Assembly: GCA_050951545.1 (NCBI GenBank)
Contig: JBMNJG010000004.1
Location: 1-64,000 of the forward strand
Length of the DNA: 64,000 nt
Direction of reading: 5' to 3'
Source: Limnochordia bacterium
GTDB taxonomy: Bacteria; Bacillota; Limnochordia; DTU080
A program made the translations under genes and the position numbers. Below the pieces are notes generated by a model, which had not been told where the DNA came from, ran no database searches, and worked only from the letters and a program-made list of their open reading frames with translations. Shown here piece after piece: positions 41,673 through 50,910 of the stretch (positions within the stretch are counted from its first letter, which is position 1; every line of letters begins with the position of its first letter).

Positions 41673-42027
41673 ATACCAGTCTCCCCTCCGACACAATGCG
41701 CGCCCGTAGCTCAGGATGCGCTTTCTCCCAAGGTACCAGATCGAGATCGACTCTGTGCTGGAGGACATGCTCCGCAATCCCCAACAGCTGGTCTTGCGCG
41801 TAGGGTAGACCCTCAACTGCCATATCGAGATCGGATGCAGATCGCACTTGGCCACGGGCAACAGAACCAAAAACCCAAATACGTCTAGCCCCCAGCATGC
41901 TTAGTACTGCAGTCATAGTAGCGGCCTGTTGGGTCAAATGCTCCCTGTGCCTTTGGAGTTGGGCATCTTTCTGGGCAGCGATGCGTGCTTCGTGTGCGAA
42001 GTAGTGTTCAAAGCTTTGAGGTGTCAT
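41644..42027 (-). CDS. Minimal nucleotidyltransferase (MNT) antitoxin
   Basis: VFGSVARG, SDLDMAVEGL, VDLDLV, RIVSEG. Confidence 0.88.
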   Translation of the reverse strand: MTPQSFEHYFAHEARIAAQKDAQLQRHREHLTQQAATMTAVLSMLGARRIWVFGSVARGQVRSASDLDMAVEGLPYAQDQLLGIAEHVLQHRVDLDLVPWEKAHPELRARIVSEGRLVYERESGTSE

Positions 42028-42239
42028 CGTCCCGCCCCTCGTTTCACCCTTATGGCTTATTATACCATGCGGAACCGTGGATCTTTCTTATCCCGATAGG
42101 ATCAAAACGCCACGCGGGGAAGAGATATCTGCGCAATCCTCTGCTACAATAGGGCTGTGAGACTCGCCAGGCTGAACAGGGACCCTGGCCATCGACACTG
42201 AATACCTGGCGTGATACGCATCTATGGAGGAGGGCACGC

Positions 42240-43469
42240 GTGAGACACTACACCGCGGTCATTGGTCTGTGTATCCTTATGCTAATAGCTGTGGCTATCG
42301 GCGCTGAGGCATCCGCGGTGAGCGTCCATCTGTTCTGGGGCGATGGCTGCACCGTTTGCGCCAAGGAGAAGCTGTTCCTGGCCGAACTCCAGAAGGAGTA
42401 CGGAGAGGCTCTGGAAGTACATGAGTACGAAATCTGGTACCATCCGGAACTCAAACCGCTGCTTTTTGAGATGGCCGAACAGCGCGGTGTTGAAGTCGAT
42501 GCCGTGCCAGTGACGTTCATTGGCGAGCGAGCTTGGATAGGTTTCGACGAAGCCATGGGCGAAGAGATGATCGAGACCATTGAGGCCATCATCAGCGGAA
42601 GACCCACTGATGCTATGGGTGCCCCAACTACCGTGCGTCTGCCTTTTGGCAAGGCGGTCGATCTGCGGAACCATTCTCTGGTGTGGGCCACCGTGCTTAT
42701 TGGCCTTGTCGACGGCATGAACCCCTGCTCGCTTTGGGTGCTCTCCCTACTCTTGGCGATGATTTTGCGTTCAGGTTCACGTGTCAGAATTCTCCTCGTG
42801 GGGATCACGTTCTTGGTAGTGACCGCCACGATCTACTCGCTTTTTCTGGCAGGCCTGTTTAGTGTGTTTTCTTATGTAGGGTATTTGCGCTGGATTCAAG
42901 TGGGGGCCGCTGTGGTCGCTCTTCTGGTTGGGGCGTTCAACGTCAAGGAGTACGTGGCGTTTGGCGTCGGGCCGTCTCTGACCATCTCTGAGGAGAGCAA
43001 GCCCCGCATATACCGTGGTATTCGGGCCATCATGGCTCAAGAGGGTCCGGCAATGGCGGTCGGGGCGACAGCGGTCTTGGCTGCGGGGGCTTCTCTGATG
43101 GAGCTTCCATGCACGGCGGGGTTTCCGATGGTCTGGTCAAATCTCCTGTCGGCTCAAGGGGTAGGCAGGTTTGAGTTCTCGGCCTTGCTTTTGCTGTATA
43201 TGGCGATGTACCTCTTGGATGAACTCGTCGTCTTTCTCGCTGTGCTGATCACGCTCAAGGCGAGTCGTCTGCAAGAGCGGCATGGTCGGCTCCTGAAACT
43301 GGGAGGCGGCAGCCTCATGTTAGCTTTCGCAGGGGCCCTTCTGATCAGGCCCGAACTAATGAATGATCTATCAGGTACGCTTGTTGTATGTGCCGCGGCA
43401 ACCGCCTTGGCCATGGTAGTAGCTATGGTCTGCGGTGGTGCAAGAAGACGCGATCAGATGCGTACGTGA
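42240..43469 (+). CDS. Thioredoxin-like domain fused to DsbD/CcdA-like membrane domain
   Basis: FWGDGCTVC (CxxC), VPVTFIG, DGMNPCS, ELPCTAG, multiple TM segments. Confidence 0.82.
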   Translation: MRHYTAVIGLCILMLIAVAIGAEASAVSVHLFWGDGCTVCAKEKLFLAELQKEYGEALEVHEYEIWYHPELKPLLFEMAEQRGVEVDAVPVTFIGERAWIGFDEAMGEEMIETIEAIISGRPTDAMGAPTTVRLPFGKAVDLRNHSLVWATVLIGLVDGMNPCSLWVLSLLLAMILRSGSRVRILLVGITFLVVTATIYSLFLAGLFSVFSYVGYLRWIQVGAAVVALLVGAFNVKEYVAFGVGPSLTISEESKPRIYRGIRAIMAQEGPAMAVGATAVLAAGASLMELPCTAGFPMVWSNLLSAQGVGRFEFSALLLLYMAMYLLDELVVFLAVLITLKASRLQERHGRLLKLGGGSLMLAFAGALLIRPELMNDLSGTLVVCAAATALAMVVAMVCGGARRRDQMRT

Positions 43470-43494
43470 ATGCACGAATCTGGGGGGAAGTGCT

Positions 43495-44046
43495 ATGGTC
43501 AGGCGGATAATGCTCGTCCTACTAGCCCTACTTGTGTCTGCTTCTGGAGTAGTAGGGCCGGCAGTTGCTTGGGCCGACGACTGTGCGTGTTCGAGTCTGT
43601 CGCCACCCGAGGGTTACTACGTCACGTCCATCAGTCCGGTCTGGGTGAAGGGAAGGTCCTTCTTGGCGACTGGCAGCATGGTCACCATTTCGGAGGCGCA
43701 TCTAGTTTCTCTGGATGTGCTGCTGCAGTTGACAAGCATACTAGAGAAGTCTAAAGACCACTCAGTCAAGGTGGCTGATGTACTGGCAGGCAACTACCTA
43801 GTTGCTCGCCTGTCCTTGTACGCCAGCAAGGGGTCGCTGGCAGCTGATCAACTGTCGTTCTTTCTGGAGACCTCTGAGTGCAAGGCGATCTTTCCGGTGG
43901 CTCGCATTGAGTGGCCAGCAAATCTGTCGTATCTTTCGCTCTATCTTCTCGTGGACAAGGCTCAGGTACTCGATGCCAGCCCCAGCTGGGTGAGAATGCA
44001 TGTGGCTGGGCCGCAAGGCCAAGGATACTTTCAGTTGAGAGGCTGA
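43495..44046 (+). CDS. Hypothetical exported protein
   Basis: Signal peptide MVRRIMLVLLALL...AVAWA; no recognised family. Confidence 0.6.
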   Translation: MVRRIMLVLLALLVSASGVVGPAVAWADDCACSSLSPPEGYYVTSISPVWVKGRSFLATGSMVTISEAHLVSLDVLLQLTSILEKSKDHSVKVADVLAGNYLVARLSLYASKGSLAADQLSFFLETSECKAIFPVARIEWPANLSYLSLYLLVDKAQVLDASPSWVRMHVAGPQGQGYFQLRG

Positions 44047-44099
44047 GCGAGTTCAAGTCCTGATGAAGCGGTGAATTCACGGAGGGAGTCAGATGCTCT

Positions 44100-44921
44100 A
44101 TGGCAAAGCCACAGTTACCTCTTGTTGGCTCAGGTACTCTAACGCAGGAGTCGCTGCGAGGGCGAGTCGCTGTGGTCAGTGGTGCTGGTGATGGTATCGG
44201 CTATGAGGCAGCCCGGGCGCTGGCCTGGCTTGGTGCCCATGTAGTGATCGCTGAATTAGACAGACGTCGGGGTCGTAAGGCCGAACGCCAGCTCTCTGAG
44301 GAGATGGGTGAAGGCAGCGTCACCTTTTTGCATACGGATGTCGGCGATGAGCGCTCGATGGGGCGCATGACGACACGCTTGCTCGAAAGCGTGGGCAAAG
44401 CTGATATTGTGATTAACAACGCGGCTGTAGCACCGATTGGGTCCGTGCAGGAGACGACGATTCACGAGTGGGATCGCAGTTACAGAGCCAATGTGCGTGG
44501 ACCCGTCTTGTTGGCGCAAGCGTTTGTGCCGGGCATGGTAAAGCGCAAGTATGGGGTCTTCATGTGCGTATCGTCATCGGGAGCAGCGCCTTACATGGGA
44601 GCCTATGAGGTCTTCAAGACGGCTCAGACAGAGCTGGCAAAGACACTGGCGGCAGAGTTGAACGGTAGTGGCGTTTCGGTCTTCAGCATCGCTCCAGGCT
44701 TTGTGCCCACTACACCTGGAGCTGTCTCAGCCATTGCCAAGGCGGCGGCTATTCAGGGCCGCAGTGCACCTGAGTTTGAGGCGATGCATCAAGAGCACGC
44801 GGTCTCCGCTGAGGTTGCTGGAGCTGGTTTTGCGGCAGCAGCGGCTTTGGCTTCTGACTTGCACGGGCAGGAAATCACCAGCAGGCAGGCTCTGCAAATG
44901 ATTGGCATTAGCACATACTAG
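44100..44921 (+). CDS. SDR family oxidoreductase
   Basis: SGAGDGIG, INNAA, YEVFK, IAPG. Confidence 0.88.
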   Translation: MAKPQLPLVGSGTLTQESLRGRVAVVSGAGDGIGYEAARALAWLGAHVVIAELDRRRGRKAERQLSEEMGEGSVTFLHTDVGDERSMGRMTTRLLESVGKADIVINNAAVAPIGSVQETTIHEWDRSYRANVRGPVLLAQAFVPGMVKRKYGVFMCVSSSGAAPYMGAYEVFKTAQTELAKTLAAELNGSGVSVFSIAPGFVPTTPGAVSAIAKAAAIQGRSAPEFEAMHQEHAVSAEVAGAGFAAAAALASDLHGQEITSRQALQMIGISTY

Positions 44922-45005
44922 ACTCAGCAGGGCCTGACTGCGTGAACTGCACATACATAGGCACCCTGGGATTCATCTCTAACTCCAGGCACTGCGGCGC
45001 ATAGG

Positions 45006-45701
45006 ATGGTGGCGACGATGAGGAAAATTGCTGACGGAAAGACCAAGACGCTCTACGCCTTAGGCGAGGACCAGGTGGTCTTGGTGTTCAAAGATGACGT
45101 TACAGGTACAGACGGCGGGATAGATCCGGGTGGCAATAGAGTGGTTGGTCACGTCGAAGGCAAGGGGCTAGCTGCTCTCAGACAGTCGGCCTACTTTTTC
45201 AGTCTACTGGCTGCCCATGGTGTGCCGACGCACTTCGTGTCGGTCGATTTAGATGAGGGGATTCTCATTGCCAGACGAGCCACTTGGTATGGACTGGAAT
45301 TCGTGGTTCGTTTTAGGGCCTTTGGCAGTTTTGTACGGCGCTACGGTCGATATGTGCAAGAGGGGGCCGATCTGGGCGCTCTTGTCGAGATCACACTCAA
45401 AGATGACGAGCGGGGCGACCCACTGATTGTCGACGAGGCCTTGGACGTTCTGGGCATCATGCCATTGGACAAGGTGCACGAAGGGAAGGCTCTCGTGAGG
45501 AAGGCCGCTATCCTTATTCGTGAGGATCTGTCGACCAAGGGGCTTGAGCTTGTGGACATGAAGTTCGAGTGCGGCATGGTTGACGAACGCCTTGTGATTA
45601 TCGACGATATCTCAACGGACAACATGAGAGTGATGCGCGAGGGCCGGATGCTGAGCCCGCAAGAGCTGTTGGAGCTTACGGTGGGTTCTCCTTCAGACTA
45701 G
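45006..45701 (+). CDS. purC: SAICAR synthetase
   Basis: GKTKTLY, FKDDVT, THFV, EFVVR...GSF, LKDDERGDP, LVDMKFE. Confidence 0.88.
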   Translation: MVATMRKIADGKTKTLYALGEDQVVLVFKDDVTGTDGGIDPGGNRVVGHVEGKGLAALRQSAYFFSLLAAHGVPTHFVSVDLDEGILIARRATWYGLEFVVRFRAFGSFVRRYGRYVQEGADLGALVEITLKDDERGDPLIVDEALDVLGIMPLDKVHEGKALVRKAAILIREDLSTKGLELVDMKFECGMVDERLVIIDDISTDNMRVMREGRMLSPQELLELTVGSPSD

Positions 45702-45723
45702 CTCGGAGGGGAAACCAGGAGTT

Positions 45724-45763
45724 GAGCGCCGCGACCAGCTCGGTACGGCGCTCTAGTTTTCTT
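45724..45763 (+). terminator. Rho-independent terminator between purC and trpB
   Basis: GAGCGCCG...CGGCGCTC followed by TAGTTTTCTT. Confidence 0.6.
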
Positions 45764-45783
45764 CGCGTGATCGGGTGGCGATC

Positions 45784-46989
45784 TTAGGCCTTTGTGGCCG
45801 TAGCGGCCTGTCTGCTGCTGAGGTAGGCCGCCACTTGCTGCACGTCCTTGTCGCCGCGGCCGGAGACGTTCACGATCATGATCGCTTCTTTGCCTAATTC
45901 AGGGGCTAGTCGGCGAGCATGGGCTACGGCATGAGCGCTCTCCAGAGCTGGGATAATGCCTTCCGTACGAGACAATAGGACGAGCGCATCGACGGCCTCG
46001 TCGTCAGTGATGGCTACGTACTCGGCGCGCCCACTGTCCTTGAGGAAGCTATGCTCCGGGCCGACACCCGGGTAATCAAGACCTGCTGATATGGAGTAGG
46101 GCTCCATAACCCGGCCTTCGTTATCCTGGAGCAGGTAGCTCAGCGCACCGTGCAGGACTCCGGGTGAGCCTTTGGTGAGCGTCGCCGCGTTCTTGTCTGT
46201 GTCGATGCCCAGCCCCGCGGCCTCAGCTCCGATAAGGCGTACCGGGTCGTTAACGAAAGCGTGGAAAATGCCGATGGCATTGCTGCCTCCGCCCACACAG
46301 GCCACCACTGCATCTGGCAAACGTTTCTCTTGCGCCAGGATCTGTTCGCGGGCCTCGCGGCCGATAATCGACTGGAAGTCGCGCACCATGGTCGGGTAGG
46401 GGTGCGGGCCGACGGCTGAGCCGATAAGATAGAAGGTGTCCGACACGTTATCCACCCAATCGGCGATGGCCGCATCGACAGCTTCTGTGAGGGTACGGGT
46501 TCCCTCTGTAGCGGGCCGTACTTCGGCCCCGAGCAAGCGCATGCGGAAGACGTTCAACGCTTGGCGACGCATGTCTTCCTCGCCCATGTATATGACACAC
46601 CTCAGACCGAAGAGAGCACACACAGTAGCTGTAGCCACACCATGCTGTCCGGCACCAGTCTCTGCAATGATCCGCTGTTTCCCCATGCGTTTCGCCAATA
46701 AGATCTGACCGATGGTGTTGTTGATCTTGTGAGCTCCGGTGTGGTTGAGGTCTTCTCTCTTGAGATAGATGGTAGCCCCACCAAGCTCCTTCGTGAGACG
46801 CTCAGCTCGATACAGTGGCGATGGTCGGCCAGCGTAGTGGTGCAGATAGTATGCGTACTCCTCCCGAAACGTAGGATCTGCTGCCACCTTCTGGTACATA
46901 CCGTCGAGTTCATTGAGAACTGGAATGAGTACTGCTGGTACGTGCTGACCCCCGAAGGTACCGAAATAGCCGGGTTTCTGAGTCGACAT
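45784..46989 (-). CDS. trpB: Tryptophan synthase beta chain; no trpA adjacent
   Basis: [53 protein letters not shown]. Confidence 0.97.
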   Translation of the reverse strand: MSTQKPGYFGTFGGQHVPAVLIPVLNELDGMYQKVAADPTFREEYAYYLHHYAGRPSPLYRAERLTKELGGATIYLKREDLNHTGAHKINNTIGQILLAKRMGKQRIIAETGAGQHGVATATVCALFGLRCVIYMGEEDMRRQALNVFRMRLLGAEVRPATEGTRTLTEAVDAAIADWVDNVSDTFYLIGSAVGPHPYPTMVRDFQSIIGREAREQILAQEKRLPDAVVACVGGGSNAIGIFHAFVNDPVRLIGAEAAGLGIDTDKNAATLTKGSPGVLHGALSYLLQDNEGRVMEPYSISAGLDYPGVGPEHSFLKDSGRAEYVAITDDEAVDALVLLSRTEGIIPALESAHAVAHARRLAPELGKEAIMIVNVSGRGDKDVQQVAAYLSSRQAATATKA

Positions 46990-47043
46990 GATGCCGCCCC
47001 CTTGGAATAGGTTTTTGATAGGGGTCTAGCAGGGCTTGTAGGC

Positions 47044-47078
47044 AAACAAAAAGCCGCCGACGCTGCAGAGTTCGGCGG
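47044..47078 (-). terminator. Attenuator-type terminator in the trpB leader
   Basis: Minus strand CCGCCGA...TCGGCGG followed by CTTTTTGTTT, about 55 nt before the trpB start. Confidence 0.75.
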
Positions 47079-47116
47079 TGGATCTCATAGCTCTCATTTA
47101 GGCTCCAAAAGAAGCA

Positions 47117-47190
47117 CTAACTAAGCTAAACTGGCTCGCCTCTGCTCGTGTCCCTATGCTCGCTGTGGCGGTGGCCCTCTGGCCTACCTT
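47117..47190 (-). promoter_or_regulatory. TRAP-like (G/U)AG triplet array in the trpB leader
   Basis: Minus strand GAG ca TAG ggacac GAG ca GAG gc GAG c CAG tt TAG ct TAG t TAG, with more NAG triplets upstream. Confidence 0.6.
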
Positions 47191-47210
47191 CGTCCGCAAC
47201 GATTGATCTC

Positions 47211-47239
47211 ATTGTAGAGGGTTCCTCTGTGGGTGTCAA
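47211..47239 (-). promoter_or_regulatory. Sigma-A promoter of trpB
   Basis: TTGACA (47239-47234), 17 nt, TACAAT (47216-47211). Confidence 0.8.
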
Positions 47240-47321
47240 GGTCATGATCAAATGAATTGTGCTTTCCACTGGGCAGGGACGGCTTGCCAGATGCACAACT
47301 GGCAAGCCGTCCTCAAGTGAG

Positions 47322-48419
47322 CTAGAGAAGACTGGCATCGGGCGTCCGCGCTTGACGGGCCAGGCGCGGCAAGAAGCTCTCCATGTCTTGCGGCTCATCG
47401 CCAGCTGCAGCTTCTTTGATCGCCTCTCCGAGGGCCTCTCCAATCAGATGGGCTAGCTGTCGCCCTTCCTGAAGCAGATCGTACTGACTTTTTCGCAACC
47501 CCTTTGGGCTGTACCAAGCTGTCTCTAGCGCAAGCGCCTTGCTGTCTGGGTAGAGTTGGCTGGCCCAGCTGCCAAAACCGCCAGCTGTTAGCTCTGAGGC
47601 GGTTCTCAGGTCTGTGAACCACGAGGCGACATCCACTGGTTCAGTCTGGTGCGTCATGAGGCTGCCTCCAGCACCCAGCACCTGCGATGTCAGAGTAACC
47701 GTCAGTGCGGTGGGACAGCCTGCCTGATGCTGCTCTGCAAGAAGCTGCGCAATGTGGCCCATGGTTGTGCCCTCCAAAGATTCATCCCAGGTCAGTCGCC
47801 TGATGCTTTCGCCTTTGGCAACGCCTGCGGTGTCAAGAAGAGGGACGACGCAGAAGTGGTACGTGCGCCGCAGTTGTCTGGCCACGGGGTGAGGCGACAG
47901 CAGAAAGCGGATGAGGCCTTCCGCAACCCATGAACTCGCAGACTGAATGGGGCTTTCCCGAGCAACCACCCACACTACAGGTTTGCCTGCCTGATCACCG
48001 AAATCCGTAATGTGCATACATAGTGGGTCCTGCAGGTGACGGCCCCCCAAGGGCTCCAAATCCACGTGCGGGGAACGCCGTGCCCACAGCGATAGCTCGT
48101 AGAGCATACAGTTGGTGTAAGGCGGTGTCAGACTAACAACCGCAGCCTCGTTACGAAAACGTTGTACGAAAACGCTAGGTGTACGGACTTCATCGACAGC
48201 AGTCCAGTCGAAACGATCATACGAGATGCTTACTGGCGCTTGGCCAAGCTCGAGTCCAGGAATATCGAAGTGCCAGGTCTGTTGGTCTACCCCTTGGATA
48301 AAGAAGTAAAACCAAGGCGCATTCCGTGGATCAGCTAGCTCCAAACGTATGCTGCCCGAAGTGATAGACCATTCGTCGAGCTTGCCATTCTGGAAATCCG
48401 CCGAGATGAAAGGGTTCAA
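47322..48419 (-). CDS. M14 zinc-carboxypeptidase-fold protein with degenerate metal ligands
   Basis: WFYF, PPYT, KPVVWVVARESPIQSASSWVAEGLI, VVPLLDTAGV. Confidence 0.65.
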   Translation of the reverse strand: MNPFISADFQNGKLDEWSITSGSIRLELADPRNAPWFYFFIQGVDQQTWHFDIPGLELGQAPVSISYDRFDWTAVDEVRTPSVFVQRFRNEAAVVSLTPPYTNCMLYELSLWARRSPHVDLEPLGGRHLQDPLCMHITDFGDQAGKPVVWVVARESPIQSASSWVAEGLIRFLLSPHPVARQLRRTYHFCVVPLLDTAGVAKGESIRRLTWDESLEGTTMGHIAQLLAEQHQAGCPTALTVTLTSQVLGAGGSLMTHQTEPVDVASWFTDLRTASELTAGGFGSWASQLYPDSKALALETAWYSPKGLRKSQYDLLQEGRQLAHLIGEALGEAIKEAAAGDEPQDMESFLPRLARQARTPDASLL

Positions 48420-48485
48420 CTGGGTCCACGCTCCTCCGCAAGAGTCCTTCTAGGCTGCATCACCCTCATGGGACGATGCGCACGC

Positions 48486-49283
48486 CTATTGGGGCCAAAT
48501 GACCTTCAGAAGTGCTATCATGTCGTCGCTGCGATACAGCATCGTGTGGGCGTCGATCTGGTCAGCCCTGACGCCCTCTATTTTTCTGGCAGGGGTGCGA
48601 TAAGGATAGATATAGCGCACCTCCCATGCATACGGCGGTTCAAAGCACAAGGGAGCTACCTCATCGATCCTCTGACACGCGGCACTGACAGTGCTCTGGA
48701 TTTGTGCGCACACCTCTTCTGGCGGCACATGGCGTGCTTTCTGCCAACCTTTCCCCCATTTGGTGACCACTGTGGAAATGTTGGGTACCAGGGCTTTGGC
48801 CTCTTCCACCAACTTGTCGTCGCCGCAGGCGAAGATCACGGGGGTCTTCTGGAAGCCAGCGATTGCGGTCCAAAACCCAAACTCACCCACATAGATGTTG
48901 TTGATCCTGTAGTAGACGATGTTCTTGGAAGACATGGTATGGCACAGTGGAGCATGAGCCATACCTGCCATGGCGTGTTGCCCGACAAACATGACTGCAT
49001 CGTACTGCGAAAGGAGTGTATAGCGAGGACGGGTCTGGTCTCGACCCCGGACATAGTTGGCCCTGCTATCCATTTCCTCCTTGATGATTCCGCCAGAGCC
49101 ATGTCCATCCGACATATCAATCACCGCGTCAGGACACGCATCGAGGATGCCGCGAATGCAGGCATTGACTTCCTGTGTGAGTTGACGCATGGACGCAAAC
49201 CTGAAGGGTTCATCCCCATAGGTTTGGTTGAATCGATCTACACCGGAGACCCCTTCGAGATCGGTGACAACGTAGAATTTCAC
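48486..49283 (-). CDS. dppA: M55 family D-aminopeptidase (DppA-like)
   Basis: TDLEGVSGV, SDGHG, GQHAMAG, CHT, VGE, CGDD. Confidence 0.88.
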   Translation of the reverse strand: MKFYVVTDLEGVSGVDRFNQTYGDEPFRFASMRQLTQEVNACIRGILDACPDAVIDMSDGHGSGGIIKEEMDSRANYVRGRDQTRPRYTLLSQYDAVMFVGQHAMAGMAHAPLCHTMSSKNIVYYRINNIYVGEFGFWTAIAGFQKTPVIFACGDDKLVEEAKALVPNISTVVTKWGKGWQKARHVPPEEVCAQIQSTVSAACQRIDEVAPLCFEPPYAWEVRYIYPYRTPARKIEGVRADQIDAHTMLYRSDDMIALLKVIWPQ

Positions 49284-49308
49284 TGGTGACTCAGCTCCTA
49301 TTGGCAGA

Positions 49309-50583
49309 CTACTTAAACAGGGGGTTCTCCCGGATCAGGCTATTCATCGTCTCTTCAATCTCACCCATTGCTGCCGCGACTGGGGCCTCGCCACGTGCTG
49401 CTTTGTATATGGCTTTTTCGAAAACGGGCTTGATCGTGCCAGCCCAGGCAGGCAACAGAGACATGCGGGTATTCCAGTAGTAGTTGGCGCCCTCCAATGC
49501 GACAGTCAGGTCGGCGTTAGGCAGACCGCGCCGCAAGGTGTCCATCCAGTTCCTCCAGTACTGTCTGTGCACTGGCGGTGACAGTGACTCATACTTCAGC
49601 CAAGGAACATAGCCTTCATCGTAGGTGAAATACTTGACGAATCTCCATGCCGACTCGACGTCTGTGCATGTTGAGGAGATGCCCCAGCCGTTGATGCCAC
49701 CCTGAACGGCTACTGTACTGCCCCAAGGTAGGGGAGCCAAGCCGAGGTCAATCTGCTGTGGGTCCACCTGGGTCATCCAGGATCCTGTCTGCATGACCTG
49801 CGTTGAAAGGTTGCCATTGAGGAGGGCGAGTCCTCCACGTTCATGGGCCTTGGGGGCTACTCCGTCCTTCAACCAGATATCGATCAGGCGTGTGTAGGCG
49901 TCTACGACCTCTGGGGTAGCCCCAAGGAAGCGATCTACCCGTGGAGTAACCCAATCGACGCCGAAAAGCCCAAGAAGGTAGTAGGCCTCAGGGCCTACGG
50001 AGATCATAGTACCCCAGCGTTCAACCTTGCTATCGGCTCCTATACGTTGTACCTTCTTCAGCGATGCCGTCCAGGCGTCTAGCTGCATGGATGGGTGGCC
50101 ATACTCTGTTGTCAGGTAAGGCACTCCTGCGTCACGGAAGTGACTGCGGTTATAGAAGGTCGTGCTGACTGCCATGTTGTAGGGCAGAGTGTAGATATCG
50201 CCCAGGATGTCGTAAGGCGCGTGCCAAAGAACGGGCTTTGGGTACATGTTCAGATTGAGTTTGTCGCGAGCAATCAGCGGTGTGAGCGGTATCAACCAGC
50301 CACTCAGTGCGGCTTTAGCGGCATGGCCCTGATCAAAACGGATGAGATCAAGTTGCTGCCCGGCAGCCAACATCATGGGCACTTTCTCGTCGAAGGCCCC
50401 CCAGCTTGTGACGATCAACTCCACTTCGATACCTGTTTTCTGTGTGAACTCTGCGACAGCTTTCGTGGTACCATCGAGCGAACCAACGTTGATGGCCACG
50501 AGCTTCTCAGTTCTCGCACCTTCGGCTGTGAAGGCTGCAGCCCACAGCAGTATGATTACCGCTAGAGCGACTGAGTGACGCAT
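49309..50583 (-). CDS. Family-1 extracellular solute-binding protein
   Basis: Signal peptide from MRHSVALA, FTQKTGIEV, YTLPY, FYNRSHFRDAGV, AWRFVKYF. Confidence 0.85.
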   Translation of the reverse strand: MRHSVALAVIILLWAAAFTAEGARTEKLVAINVGSLDGTTKAVAEFTQKTGIEVELIVTSWGAFDEKVPMMLAAGQQLDLIRFDQGHAAKAALSGWLIPLTPLIARDKLNLNMYPKPVLWHAPYDILGDIYTLPYNMAVSTTFYNRSHFRDAGVPYLTTEYGHPSMQLDAWTASLKKVQRIGADSKVERWGTMISVGPEAYYLLGLFGVDWVTPRVDRFLGATPEVVDAYTRLIDIWLKDGVAPKAHERGGLALLNGNLSTQVMQTGSWMTQVDPQQIDLGLAPLPWGSTVAVQGGINGWGISSTCTDVESAWRFVKYFTYDEGYVPWLKYESLSPPVHRQYWRNWMDTLRRGLPNADLTVALEGANYYWNTRMSLLPAWAGTIKPVFEKAIYKAARGEAPVAAAMGEIEETMNSLIRENPLFK

Positions 50584-50910
50584 CTTTGCCAAGCACATTT
50601 TCTTGCCCCACCTCTCTGTTTTGTCGTCTGATGGCAACGTACGGCTAATTTCCTCCTTGGTGGAGCGATTCCTGCCTGAACTAGAATCGTCTGACTGTCT
50701 ATCGCGAACCGCGCTTGGGCGCCCGACCCTGCGGGAGATTTCAGAACCAAACATTGCACTTACAGAAGAAATATCAAACAAGGAGCAGATGTCTTTGTGA
50801 GGAACCATATTTGCATGGGTTTCGTTTGGTGGATATTGCGCAGCACGAGGACCACCCGCCAAGAACTCAGACGTGAACGGCATTATGCAGCCGAACTGGG
50901 GAGGTTGGTA

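Noticed and set aside
47126-47212. Short ORF MRSIVADEG... upstream of trpB as a leader peptide, or a T-box
   Set aside because: No Trp codons, its ATG overlaps the -10 box, and no GGTGGxACCGCG T-box motif on the sense strand
48468-49289. 273-aa ORF antisense to dppA, and similar antisense ORFs such as 15982-16623, 22012-22668 and 38786-39451
   Set aside because: Shadow frames of real genes in GC-rich DNA with no recognisable motifs
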